From the NCBI RefSeq assembly GCF_004010195.1, contig NC_057718.1, positions 71,846,433 through 71,898,414 on the forward strand: DNA of 51,982 nt, given 5' to 3'. Position numbers and translations under genes: made by a program. This stretch comes from Chiloscyllium plagiosum. Taxonomy: Eukaryota. The notes under the pieces are model-generated. The model was given only the letters and a program-made list of their open reading frames with translations. It was not told the DNA's origin and did no database searches. This document shows, piece by piece, positions 11,562-23,620 of the stretch; the stretch's first letter is position 1, and the number at the start of each line of letters is the position of its first letter.

Positions 11562-12325
11562 TGTTATAACACAGAGGTCAAACCCCTCTATTAATTAAGC
11601 TAAACTCACAGAAAAGCTCGCCTCGCGATCCGTTAAAATAGTAGTGACAGAGAACTCCTAAATTCCACTGTTTAAAGAAAAATAACAATTTATTTCCTTA
11701 ACTCTAATAGTGAACACTAAACAACAACTATTCATAAATCCAAGCCCCTTTTCTTAACTACTTACTATCTGACCCCAACTCTATAAAAAAATATGTTGTT
11801 CCAATAACACACTTATTAACAGTATATCAATGTAATCACAAGATCACAACCTCTCCGTCTTCTCTGCTCTCTTCATTCTTTCAGCTGCTGATCTCCCTGG
11901 GTCATTATCTTTCTTTTTTACTGCAAGGATATTTTACATGAAAAGTTACTTTTGACGGACAGTGCTTTCTAATTTCTTTGAGAGCAAAATGTTAGATGGG
12001 CCGTCAATTCTCTGGCTCTGCTGTTCAATGGCAGTTGGTCTCTGCTCAATTTTCAAAATGCCTGCATATTTTATATGCCTCCCCGACCCCCGCATGACAC
12101 ATTAAATTCTTATAATTTGATTGGTTTCTGGGTGCCAAAATGGCAAAATTGAAATTCCGTTGGGTTTTAGTATCCTGTGTACAATTTAAATTGATTGGTT
12201 AAATTTGAATTATTTTGGAAACACCAACCAAAACTCAGATATCTATTTAACAGCCATTTGCTACATGTCTCTATTTTGGAACAGCTAGTCTCCCAGCCTT
12301 TCCATTTGGGCAGCTGAGCCTACAC
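11562..12325 (-). repeat. 5' LTR of the Gmr1-like element (its terminal ~25 bp displaced to 15575-15600)
   Basis: Colinear with the 3' LTR; tgaacatacatg recurs at 15575 and 6585. Confidence 0.85.
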
Positions 12326-12390
12326 TTTGGTAATGTGGTGACCTGAACTGTACGCAGCATTCCAGTTGTGGCTGAACCAAATCTTGTGGT

Positions 12391-15245
12391 ATGAAATGCA
12401 TCTACTTTAATGCAAGGAGTATAGTGTGTAAGGCAGATGAACTTAGGGCTTGGATTGGTGCCTGGGAGTATGACGTTATTGCAATCACAGAGACTTGGTT
12501 GAAGGAAGGGCATGATGATTGGCAATTAAATGTTCCAGGATATAGATGCTTCAGACAGGACAGGGAGGGCAGTAAAAGGTGGGGTGGAGTTGCATTGCTG
12601 GTCAAGGACGATATCACAGCTGTGCTAAAGGAGCACACTATGGAGGTCCTGGGTCGTGAGGCATTATGAGTGGAGCTGAGAAATATGAAGGATACAGTCA
12701 CACTGTTGGGGCTGTATTACAGGCCTCCCAACAGTGAGCGTGTGGTAGAAGAACAAATAGGTAAACAGATTACAGAAAGATGTAGAGGCAACAGGGTAGT
12801 GGTGATGGGAGATTTTAATTTTCCCAACATTGACTGGGATACACTTAACGTCAGAGGTCTGGATGGGGTAGAATTTGTAAGAAGCGTCTAGGAGAGTTTT
12901 CTAGAGCAGTATGTCAATAGTCTGATGAGGATGGGGCCATATTGGACCTGGTACTGGGGAACGAGCCCGGACAGGTGGTAGAAGTTGCGGTGGGGGATTT
13001 CTTTGGAACAGTGACCAAAATTCTGTAAGTTTTAGAATACTCGTAGATAAAGAAGAGAGTGGTCCTAAGGGAAGAGTACTAAACTGGGCCAAGGCCAATT
13101 ATATCAAAATTAGGCAGGAGCTCGGAAATGTGGATTGGACACAGCTATTTGAAGGGAAGTCCACTTTTGAGATGTGGGAGGCTTTCAAAGATAGGTTACT
13201 GGTAATGCAGGATAGGCATGTCCTATTGAAGGCAAAGGATAGAAAGGGCAAGATTCGTGAACCGTGGATGACAGGAGAAATTGTATGACCATCCAAGAGG
13301 AAAAGGAAAGCATACATAAGGTCTAGGCAGCTAAGAACAAAACGGGCCCTGGAAGAATATCGGAAGAGTAGGACAAGTCTTAAACGAGAAAACAAGTGGG
13401 CTAAAAGTGGTCATGAAATAGCTTGAGCAAGCAGAATTAAGGAGAATCCCAAAGCATTTTATTCTTATATAAGAAGCAATCGGGTACCTAGAGAAAGGAT
13501 TGGTCCACTAAAAGACAATGAAGGAAGGCTGTGTGCCGAACCTGAGAGAATGGGTGAGATTCTGAATGATTATTTTGCATCAGTGTTCACTGAGGAGAGG
13601 AACATGGTGAACCTTGAGATTAGAGATAGAAGTTTGATTAGTCTGGATCACGTTGACATAACTAGGGACATGTGTTGGGTAGGCTAGAGGTTATTAAGGT
13701 GGACAAATCCCCAGGACCAGATGGGATCTATCCCAGGTTGCTGAGAGAGGTGAGAGAGGGAATAGTTGGGGCCCTGACAGATATCTTTGTGGCATCCTTA
13801 AATACAGGTGAGGTGTCGGAGGACTAGAGGGTTGCTCATGTTGTCCCCCCTACAAGAAGGGTAGTAGGGATATTCCGGATAACTACAGACCAGCGAGCCT
13901 CTCGTGGGAAAGTTGCTGGAGAAGGTACTGAGGGATAGGATCTATTTATATTTAGAAAAGAATAGGCTTATCAGTGATAGGCAATATGGTTTTGTGCGGG
14001 GGAAATTGTGCCTTACCAACTTAATAGAGTTCTTTGAGGAAGTGGCCAAGTTGACAGATGAAGGAAGGGTTGATGATGTCATATACATGGACTTTAGTAC
14101 GGTGTTTGATAAGGTTCCCCATTATAGACTAATGGAGAAGGTGAAGTCATATGGTGTGCAGGGTGTTCTAGCTAGGTGGATAAAGAACTGGTTGAGCAAC
14201 AGGAGACAGAGAGTAGTAGTTGAAGGGAGTTTCTCGAAATGGAGAAAGGTGACCAGTGGTGTTCCACAGGGGTCGGTGTTGGAACCACTGTTGTTTGTAA
14301 TAATAATAAATAATCTGGAAGAGGGCACTGGTGGTATGATCAGCAAGTTTGCAGATGACACGCAGATTGGTGGACTAGCAGAAAACATAAGGGACTGTCA
14401 GAGAATACAGGAGGATATAGACTGGAGAGTTGGGCGGAAAAGTGGAAGATGGATTCAATCCAGACAAATGTGAGGTGACGCATTTAGTCAAGACTAATTC
14501 TAGACCGAATTATACAATGAACGGAAGAGCCTTGGGAAAAGTTAATGGGCAGAGAAATCTGGGAGTGCAGGTCCATTGTATCCTGAAGGATGCTTCACAG
14601 GTGGATACAGTGGTCAAGAAGGTATATAGTATGCTTGCCTTCATTGGATGGTGTATTGAGTATAAGAGCTGGCAAGTCATGTTAACATTGTACAATACAT
14701 TAGTTTGGCCACATTTAGAATACTGTATACAGTTCCGGTCGCCACATTACTAAAAGGGTGTGGACGCTTTGGAGAGGGTGCAGAGAAGGTTTACGAGGAT
14801 GTTGCCTGGTATGTATGGTGCTAGCTATGAAGAAAGGTTGAGTAGGTTAGTTTATTTTCATTAGAAAAAAGGAGATTGAGGGGGGGACCTGATCGAGGTT
14901 TATAAAATCATGAAGGGTATAGACAGGGTGGATAGAGACAAGCTTTTTCCCAGGGTGAAGGTTTCAATAACGAAAGGTCATGCTTTCAAGGTGAGAGGCG
15001 GGGATACATGCGGCATGTACTTCACACAGAGAGTGGTGGGCGTTTGGAATGTGTTGCCAGCAGAGGTGATAGAGGCAGGCACGGTAGATTCATTTAAGAT
15101 GCATCTGGATAAATGCATGAGTAGATGGGAAGTAGAGGGATACAGATGCTTAGGAATTGACCGACAGGTTTAGACAGTACATTTGGATCTGCTCAGGCGT
15201 GGAGGGCCAAAGGGCCTGTTCCTGGGCTGTAAGTTTTCTTTGTTC
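12391..15245 (+). mobile_element. CR1/HER1 LINE, nearly complete ORF2 (APE endonuclease + RT) with stops and frameshifts, plus 3' tail
   Basis: [64 protein letters not shown] and tail gggccaaagggcctgttcc. Confidence 0.95.
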
Positions 15246-15572
15246 TTATACAACTGTAACATGACCTGCCAACTCTTGTACTCAATACCCCATCCTGTAT
15301 GCCTTCTTGACCACTGTATTGACCTGCATTGCCAGCTTCAGGGTACAATGGACCTGAACACCCACATCTCTCTGTATATCAGTTTTCCCCAGGACTTTTC
15401 CATTTACTGTATAGTTCGCTCTTGAACTGGATCTTACCTCGCATTTCACCGGACTGAACTCTATCTGCCATTTCTCCACCCAACTCTCCAATCTGTCTAT
15501 ATTATGCTGTATTATTTGACAGTGCCCTTCACTATCTGCTATTCCACCAATCTTAGTGTCATCTGCAAACTT
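15246..15572 (-). mobile_element. Older CR1 RT fragment (continues at ~12330-12386; host of the 12391 LINE)
   Basis: KFADDTKIGG, WQIEFSPVKCEV, VVKKAY; its next segment lies at 12330-12386. Confidence 0.85.
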
Positions 15573-15604
15573 TCTGAACATACATGCTTTTGACTTCGTA
15601 ACAA

Positions 15605-17065
15605 TAGTATATGCCATTAACACAGAGAGGAATCTAGGCATACGGATCCAAAGTTGTCTGAAAATGGCAATACAAGTTGGTAAAGTGGCCAAGAAGGCAT
15701 ATGGCATTCTTGCCTTCATCAGTCAGGGCACAGAGTATAAAAATTGGCAAATTATGCTGCAGCTGTATAGAACTTTCGATAGGCCACATTTGGAATAATG
15801 TGTACAGTTTCGGTTGCCACACTAACAAAACGATGTGGAGGTTTTGCAGAGGGTACAGAAATTATTTATCAGAATATTGCCTGGTTTGGAGGATATCAGC
15901 AATGAGGAGAGATTGGAAAGGTTCGGCTTGTTTTCACCTGAACATCCAAGGTGCATACTTCAGGGAGGCTCACTGTGCTGCATCCTCACTGGTTCTTCCA
16001 AGATGGCAGAAGAATAGGAGTCCTAACCAGGAGCTCATCTGCTCCAATCACTTTTACCTCCTTTTCTTTCTTTTTTTTCTTTATTCTCATTCTTTAGCTT
16101 TTTATTCCCCTAGTCACCTTCTGCATGTCCGGAGCAGCACCAAAGCGTCACTCTGCAGTGAGGTGGCTCTCATGGCCAGGGAGCATGACAGTGGCTGGTG
16201 CCTGGCACGGACCCAGATGGCAGCCAGCAGCAAAGGATGACAGTGGCAGCCAGTCACAATGAAGCATCAGCCAGCGGCAATGGCAGCCAGCAATGAGGTG
16301 GCAGCAAAAGACGGCGGCTGCAGCAGTCAGTCATGAAGGATGGTGGCAGTTACGGTCAGTGGGGTACTGGTGGTCAGAGCAAAGTCTGGCATGCCTAATG
16401 GAGGTCAGCAGAGGCAGTTGGCGGCAAAGAGGGCTGGCCAGGATGGGCGCGTCTTAGCCCACCACGAGGGAAAGTGAGCACTCTTGGGAAAAGTCCAGCT
16501 TGGAGCATGGCAGACACACAGCTTAAGAAACGAATGTAATATTTGACATTTTAACTTTTTTTATACCAAGATGACTGCAATGCTGGACTTTTTAAACTTA
16601 TTTCTTTATTTTTCTACTCCTGTAACTAAGATTTTGTACTTAGGTACATTACACCTAAGGTGGCGCACTGTGTGGCGACAATGTACACTATTCACTGTAC
16701 GCGCACTTGACTACACATGACAATAAAATCTAAATCTTACATCGAATGCTGAGGGGTGATCTGAAAGAAGTTTATTGTGAGAGGCATGGATAAAATGGAT
16801 AGTCCTTTTCCCCAAAATGTCAATTACTGGGGGACAAAGATTTAATATAAAAAAAGTTTAAAGGAGATGTGAGGCAAGTTTTAAGTGCCTGGTTTGCTCT
16901 GCTGGAAGAAGTGGTAGAAGCAACATTTAGGAGGCAACTCAATCAAATAGGCAGAGAATACAGGGATATAGACAGTAGAGGCAAAAGGTCTTTTAGTTTA
17001 GAAAGATGTGTTATGTGTTGGTGCAGGCTTGGTTAACCGAAGGACCTTTTGCTGTGCTGTATTGT
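15605..17065 (+). mobile_element. CR1 3' portion, split by the 15952-16737 insert
   Basis: KKAYGILAFI, RPHLE, EERLERFGLFS, resuming gctgaggggtgatctg at ~16748; tail at ~17040. Confidence 0.85.
15952..16737 (+). mobile_element. Non-coding, non-autonomous retroposon with a Rex1-like 3' tail
   Basis: ttccaagatggc near the 5' end, (ggcagc)-rich body, end ttcactgtac...acacatgacaataaaatctaaatct; acatc(c/g)aa on both sides. Confidence 0.55.
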
Positions 17066-17296
17066 TGGTTGTTTTTCATACGTCACTTTCAAACACAATG
17101 TAAAATTGTACTGTGGTCACTCATCCTTAAACATTATTTTTCATCAAGATTAGCCATTTTTCACTCCATACTACATTTAAGATTGCATGTCTTCTAGTTG
17201 GTTCCTCAAGACACTGCTCTGGAAAGCCACCCCCAACACACTCTTGAAATTCACACTCCACAGCTTAAGGGTCAATTGATTTACTCAACCTATATT

Positions 17297-17430
17297 GGAA
17301 AAAGTGAGAACTGCAGATGCTGGAGTTCAGAGTCGAGAGTGTGGTGCTGGAAAAGCACAGCAGGTCAGGCAGCATCCGAGGAGCAGAAGAAACGTATCAG
17401 GCAAGAGCCCTTCATCAGGAATGAGGCTTA
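17297..17430 (-). mobile_element. Penelope-type tail with hammerhead-like core
   Basis: Minus-strand attcCTGATGAagggctcttgcctGATAcgt...ggatgctgcctgacctgctgtgcttttccagc. Confidence 0.75.
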
Positions 17431-17684
17431 CCCAGTCTATATGCAGATTGAAGTCACCCATAATAATTGTATTGCCTATACTAGATGCTTCTCTTACTCC
17501 TGATTAATGCTACACCACGACTAATATTTGATGGCCTATAAATATCTCTAACCAATGCCTGCTGCCCCTTGATGTTTCTGAGTTCCACTCAGATTCCACA
17601 TATTATTTGCTCGATTGGAAATCCTCCCTTACTGTTGTAACTGGCCCAATTCTTTAAGATCAGATTAGATTACTTTTTTTTTTA

Positions 17685-17995
17685 GATTAGATTACTTACA
17701 GTGTGGAAACAGGCCCTTCGGCCCAACAAGTCCACACCGCCCCGCCGAAGCGCAACCCACCCATACCCCTACATTTACCCCTTACCTAACACTACGGGCA
17801 ATTTAGCATGGCCAATTCACCTGACCTGCACATCTTTTGTGACTGTGGGAGGAAACCGGAGCACCCGGAGGAAACCCACGCAGACACGGGGAGAACGTGC
17901 AAACTCCACACAGTCAGTCGCCTGAGTCGGGAATTGAACCCGGGTCTCTGGCGCTGTGAGGCAGCAGTGCTAACCACTGTGCCACCATGCCGCCC
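17685..17995 (-). mobile_element. HE1-type SINE
   Basis: Full-length reverse-complement copy. Confidence 0.9.
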
Positions 17996-18379
17996 ATCAG
18001 TACAACTCTTCGTCATTTTCCTTATTGTTGATCCTGCCTAAACATCGAATAACTTTGAAAGTTCACTTTCCAGTCCTGGTCAGCATGCAGCCAAGTTTCT
18101 CTCATATAGATCACTCCCATGCATCTTTAATTGTGACTTTAGATCATCTACCTTGTTGGTCTTAACATTGTCTTTTTGACATTATTCCATTTTTGAAATA
18201 TATTTGATGCTCAGCTTTGTTTCTCCCATCATCTAGCTTCCCTAGATCTTTTAGACTTCTTGTTACCAACTTTATTTCCTTCAAATCTGGGTTATCTCTC
18301 AAGTTCCTGTCTTTCTGAAAAGCTAGTTAAAACTGACGCCTGGAAGCCTAACTTGAGGAGGGTCAACCCTCATTTGTCA

Positions 18380-18550
18380 AGACATTTATCAAGTTTGCAG
18401 ATGATATCAAGTTGAATGGGAGGGTGAACTGTGACAAGGTTGCAGAAATCCTCCAGCACGATCTTGACAGGTTGGGTGAGTGGGCAAATCAATGGTAGAT
18501 GCAGTATAATTTGGATAAATGTGAGATTATTCACAGTGGAAGCAAAAATG
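18380..18550 (+). mobile_element. CR1 RT fragment
   Basis: KFADDIKL...QYNLDKCEIIH. Confidence 0.75.
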
Positions 18551-18559
18551 CTTCGATGG

Positions 18560-18890
18560 TGAAGGTGTGTACTGTACTTTTAAGAGAGAGTGAATGCTGT
18601 TTTGCACTGAGAGCTTACAAGCACTTGTCATTTGACTAGCTAGCAGTCTCAGCGTGTACTGGAAAATTGAAAATATGTAACATTTGGCTGTGAAATAGAT
18701 ACCTGAGTGGGTTGCTCTTTTGACAATAATTCGAGTTTAACCAATCAGTTTAAATTATGCCCCAGGATACGTAAACCCAATCAAATTTGAATTTAGTTTT
18801 TGCCAACATCGAATCATTTGATATTTGGAGTGTAAACAAAGCGGACATTTTGAAAGTTAGACAGAGATTAACTACCATTGCGAAAGACAG
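18560..18890 (+). repeat. LTR fragment related to the Gmr1-like LTR
   Basis: caatcagtttaaattatgccccaggatac is the reverse complement of 6384-6412, and similarity extends into the flanks. Confidence 0.75.
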
Positions 18891-18894
18891 ATTT

Positions 18895-20130
18895 ACAGAT
18901 TTCTACTACAAACCCACCAGATCCTACAGCTACCTGGACTACACCTCCTCCCACCCCCCCCCCCCCATAAAAACGCTATCCCTTACTCCCAATTCCTCTG
19001 CCTCCACCACGTCTGCTGCCAGGTGGATCAATTCCACTCCAGAACATCCTAGATGGCCTCCTTCTTCAAGGACCACAATTTCCCCTTCCACACGGTCAAC
19101 AATCCCCTCCAGTGCATCTCCTCCACTTCCAGCACTTCTGCCCTTGAACCTCACCTCTCCAACCACAACGAGGACAGAACCTCCCTCGTCCTTACTTTCC
19201 TCCCCACCAACCTCCGGATGCATTGCATTATCCTCCACCATTTCTGCCACTGACAAACAGACCCCAACCATCAGAGATATATTTCCCTCCCACACCCACC
19301 TGCCTTCTATAGAGACCATTCCCTCCGTGACTTCCTTGTTAAGTCCACACTCCCTACCAACACACCCTCCACTCCCAGCACCTTCCCTTGCCAATGCAAG
19401 AGGTGTAAAACTTGTGCCCACACCTCCCCCTCACCTCCATCCAACACCCCAAAGGATCCTTCCACATCCAACAGAGATTTTCCTGTACCTTCACACACAT
19501 CATCTACAATGTCTGTTGCTCTCGATGTGGTCTCCTCTACATTGAGGAGACAGGATGCCAACCTGCAGAACGTTTCAGAGAACATCTCTGGGGCACACGC
19601 ACCACGGCTGAAGTCTCCAACTCCCCATGCCACCACATGCAAGTCCTGGGCCTCCTCCACGGCCAAATTCTAGTCTCCCGATGTCTGGAGGAAGTATGCC
19701 TCATGTTCCGCCTTGGGACCCTCTAACCACATGGGATCAATATCAATTTCACCAGATTCCTCATCTCTCCTCACTCCACCTTATCCCACATCCAACCCTC
19801 CAACTCGGCATCGCACTCTTGAACTGCCCTACCTGTCCATCTTCCTTTTCATCTATCCGCCCCACCCTCTGCTCCAACCTATCACCTTCACATCTACCCC
19901 TTACCTAACACTACTGGCAATTTAGCATGGCCAATTCACCTGACCTGCACATCTTTGAACTGTGGTAGGAAACCGGAGCACCCGGAGGAAACCCACGCAG
20001 ACACGGGGAGAATGTGCAAACTCCACACAGTCAGTCGCCTGATGAAGAGCTTATGCTTGAAATATCGACTCTCCTGTTCCTCGGATGTTGACTGACCGGT
20101 TGTGCTTTTCTACTACCACACTTTTTGGCT
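18895..20130 (+). mobile_element. Penelope-like element 3' part (RT thumb, GIY-YIG endonuclease, tail)
   Basis: TDFYYKPT..SYLDYTSSHP; QRFSCT...IIYNVCCSRCGLLYIEETG...ERFREH; CTGATGA core at 20039. Confidence 0.9.
19890..20042 (-). mobile_element. Internal SINE fragment embedded in the Penelope 3' region
   Basis: SINE core only, with no head or tail. Confidence 0.85.
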
Positions 20131-20899
20131 GTGTTCATAGGAATTTAGTTCTCATGAGTTCCTCAGCCCTGAATGTCCCAGAGAGACGCAAACAGTGAGG
20201 GTTAATACTAGAGGATGGCTAGGTAATAAGCATCGTGTGTGCTTGTGCCTGAGACAATGCATGAGTCTCAGGTCAAACCTGTAAAACCCAAATCACCAGC
20301 CTTAGAAAAGCAGCCCCTTTTCTCACACATTGGTCTATTTCCCCCTGTTCATTCTGTGGCCAGTCACTACTATTTTCTTCTCCATTTCAAACTTTCCATT
20401 TACTTCATGATGGAAGGTGACAGCTAGTGGTCTTCTGCCACAGGCTTTCGCCTTAGCCAAACACGCTTGAGTCCCCACACAGGTTTCAGAATTCCCCAGT
20501 CTTCATTCAAGCCGTCTAAACCTACCCTCATTCAACAAACGCCATCCCCATAGTTTCAGTGGGCAGACATCGTGTAACGACTGTGATACATCTCTCCAAA
20601 GACCCAACCGAACAACAACGGTTGAGGTCTCCCCTCACCCCTGACAGGTGACTATAGATGTCCACAACCTTCCAGTCTTCTCCTTAGATTGGCTCCTATG
20701 GGAGAAAAAGGACATAACATGACTGGCTCCCTGAAGAACAGAGGCACAGGCATCTTATGCAATGCCACCCCATCTGGACTGACCATGGTTGAAGCCCTAG
20801 AATGGAATGGAAGGATACTTTTGAGTAACTGTGCCAAGCTCACCTAACTGAAAGGTGCCTCCAAGGAGGTCACTGAGGAACACTCTGCTAAGACATTGA

Positions 20900-21650
20900 G
20901 ACAATGCTCACTGTTTCCTTCAGATTCAGTGTGTTTGGCTCGAAAACTGCTGGGACACAATATAACTGTGACAGTGATAGGCTGTACAACAGCCTTTATC
21001 TGAGTAATGTTGAATCATAAGTCTGGTTATGTGACTGTGCCAATTACCTCTGCAAGGTACGCATGTTGTAGGTAGCTGGTAAATGCCACTAAGAGAGCAA
21101 ACAAGTAGCCTCGGTAGCCTATTAGGAACTAAGGGGCAATCTGTGTGTGAAGCCACAAAATATTAAAAGAGTGCAAAATGAATACTTCCCTTCGGTCTTC
21201 ATTCTGGAAAAGGAGAACGTCATTGCCTCTGTACAGTAACAGAGGCAATGGGGAGCCAGGCACTGTTGGCTCGTGGCATACCCTGCTATGCAAGTTCATA
21301 TTTCCATTGCAAACTGCCAAAGTGCGGGTTTATGGAATGTCAGATGCTATTATTTATGGAGAAAGGGTTAAGTGGTTTGTGGCTGTGATTGTCTTCTGGG
21401 CTGAAGTTTGGTTGTGGGCAACACTGAAGTCATCCATCAGACATCTACTCTGGTTTCCAAGTTGAGTTTCCCAATGGCTAGTTTGTTGGGTGATTTTAGT
21501 AACATCAAAATTGGAATGCTAATGAGGAAGGTTGAGCCATCAACAAGGAACTTAATTAGCAAGTTGCTATTTTCAAGATCCAGCAAGACAATCTCAACTC
21601 CAGTATCATTGGACTTCCAGTCTAATTCTGCCACACATCTTGACATGGAA
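20900..21650 (-). pseudogene. Very old non-LTR RT remnant (CR1/L2-like)
   Basis: Weak but ordered motifs: GVEIVLLDL, then SRVCHEPTVPGSPLPLLLY (resembling SGVPQGTVLGPLLFLLY). Confidence 0.35.
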
Positions 21651-23220
21651 ATGCAAAATGGGGGTATGAGAAAGGACTTGCGAACAGCATTAGGGAGAAT
21701 CCGGAGATATTTTATTAGTACAGTAACAGGAAGAGGCTAACCAGGGAAAGTGTACAGCCTATTAGGAACTAAGGGGCAATCTGTGTGTGAAGCCACAAAA
21801 TATTAAAAGAGTGCAAAATGAATACTTCCCTTCGATCTTCATTCTGGAAAAGGAGAACGTACATATGGAATTCAGGAAAAATGAAAGGGAGGAACTTGCA
21901 CAGTTTGACATAGGAAATTGGAAGTTATTAGAGGGTCCAATGGGCTTAAACACAGACAAATTCCCTGGCTGGGTAAATTACATCCCAGGCTGCTGTGGGA
22001 AGCGAGGCAATAAATTTCAAGAGCTTTGACACTAATTTCTAATTCCTGTCTGGCCAATGAAAGTGCCAGAAGGCTGGAGGTTGGCTTAACATGGTTCCAC
22101 TCTTCAGGAAGGGTGACAGAGATGAACCAAAAAATTACAGACCAGTAAGTCTCACATCAGTGGGAGAGATTAAGAAGGTTTGTGCATGTGAAATGAGGGA
22201 TACTCGGCAAGACGGATCATAAAAAGGTTCAGAATAGGTAGACACAAAGGTAGAAGGCTGTTCGAGTGACTGGAGACTAGTATCCAAGAATCAATACTGG
22301 GACCGTATTGTTTGTTATATACATCAATTATATAGATAAAAACATGGGAAATATATTAAGCATGTTTGCAGAAGACACCAAGATTGGTGGGGTGAACAAG
22401 ACATTTGTAGGTTACAGGAACATACGGATGGGTTGGTCATATGGGCAGACCAGTGGCAGATAGTATGTAACCCTGATAAATGCACTTTGGAAGACGAAAC
22501 AAGATGAGAAAGTATTTAAAGAACACTGGTACATCAGAGGATCAGAGGGATCTTGGGGTAATTATTCACAGATCCCTGAATTCAGCAGAGCATGTGAATT
22601 AACAAGCCATATAGGACACTTGCTTTCATCAGTTGTAGCATTGATTACAAGAGCAAGGAGGTAATGTTGGAGTTGTACAGAGTGTTTCATAGGTCACAGT
22701 TGGAGTACAGTGCACTCATTACCAGAAGGATGCGATAGTATAGAGTAGGTTCACCAAGTTGTTGCCTGGGATGGAGCAACTGAGCTATAAGAAGAAACTA
22801 GATAGGTTTGCAATATTTCCTTTAGAGCAGAGAATTCTGCAGGAAGACTTGATTGAGGTCTATATGATTATGAGAGGTATAGACAGGGTGAGTAGGAAAC
22901 ATCTGTTTCCCCTTGACTGAAGGGTCAATTATGACGGAGCACAGTTTTTGGGAGAGAGGCAGGAGATTCAGAGGGAATTTGACAGAAAACATTTTCACTC
23001 AGAAGGTGGGGTGGGAATCTGAATGCACTACCTGGGAAGGTAGTGGAGGCTGTAAAACTTATAACTTTTAAAACATATTTGGATGAGCACTTGAAATATC
23101 CTAACATTCAAGGACATGGGACAAGTGCAGAAAATTGGGATTTGAGTGCCTTTAGTGATAGTTATTGTCAGTGCAGACTTGATGGACTGATGGGACTTTT
23201 CTTTGCTGTTTGACTGCTCA
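21650..23220 (+). mobile_element. Degenerate CR1 ORF2 and 3' tail
   Basis: NEYFPSIFILE, NYRPVSLTSV, FAEDTKIGG, and an F-T-Q-R-V-like motif near 22995. Confidence 0.85.
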
Positions 23221-23309
23221 CTACTCACATTTCCCTCAGACCCTTATAAGAATCCACCCAGTTAGACAGCACATTGCAAAGAGATATTAAAAGCAGACTT
23301 TAAGAGCTT

Positions 23310-23620
23310 CTAAGGGCTCAGTGGTTAGCACTGCTGCCTCACAAGCACCAGAAACCTGAGTTCGATTCCCACCAGTGTGGAATTTGCACATTCTCCCCCT
23401 GTCTGTATGAGTTTCCTCCAAGTGCTCCGGTTTGCTCCCGCATTCCAAAGATGTGCAGGTCAGGTGAACTGGCCATGCTAAATTGCCCATAGTGTTAAGT
23501 GCTTTATGTTGGGGAGAAATGTAGAGAAATGAGTCTGGGTGGGTTGGTGTAGATTTGTCTGGCCGAAGGGCCTATTTCCATACTGTAGGGAATCTAATCA
23601 AGTAGAGAATCCAATCTAAT
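23310..23620 (+). mobile_element. HE1-type SINE, diverged
   Basis: Head, core and tail recognisable. Confidence 0.85.

Larger units (their letters stand above)
5306..15600 (-). mobile_element. Gmr1-like Ty3/Gypsy LTR retrotransposon, decayed, with nested insertions
   Basis: Paired LTRs (5306-6607; 11562-~12325 plus 15575-15600), PBS, PPT, and gag-PR-INT-RT-RH remnants; ACAA at 5302-5305 and 15601-15604 fits a 4-bp TSD. Confidence 0.88.

Noticed and set aside
12391..15245. Active autonomous LINE
   Set aside because: ORF2 is broken by multiple stops and frameshifts and ORF1 is missing; no intact transposon ORF was seen anywhere in the window.
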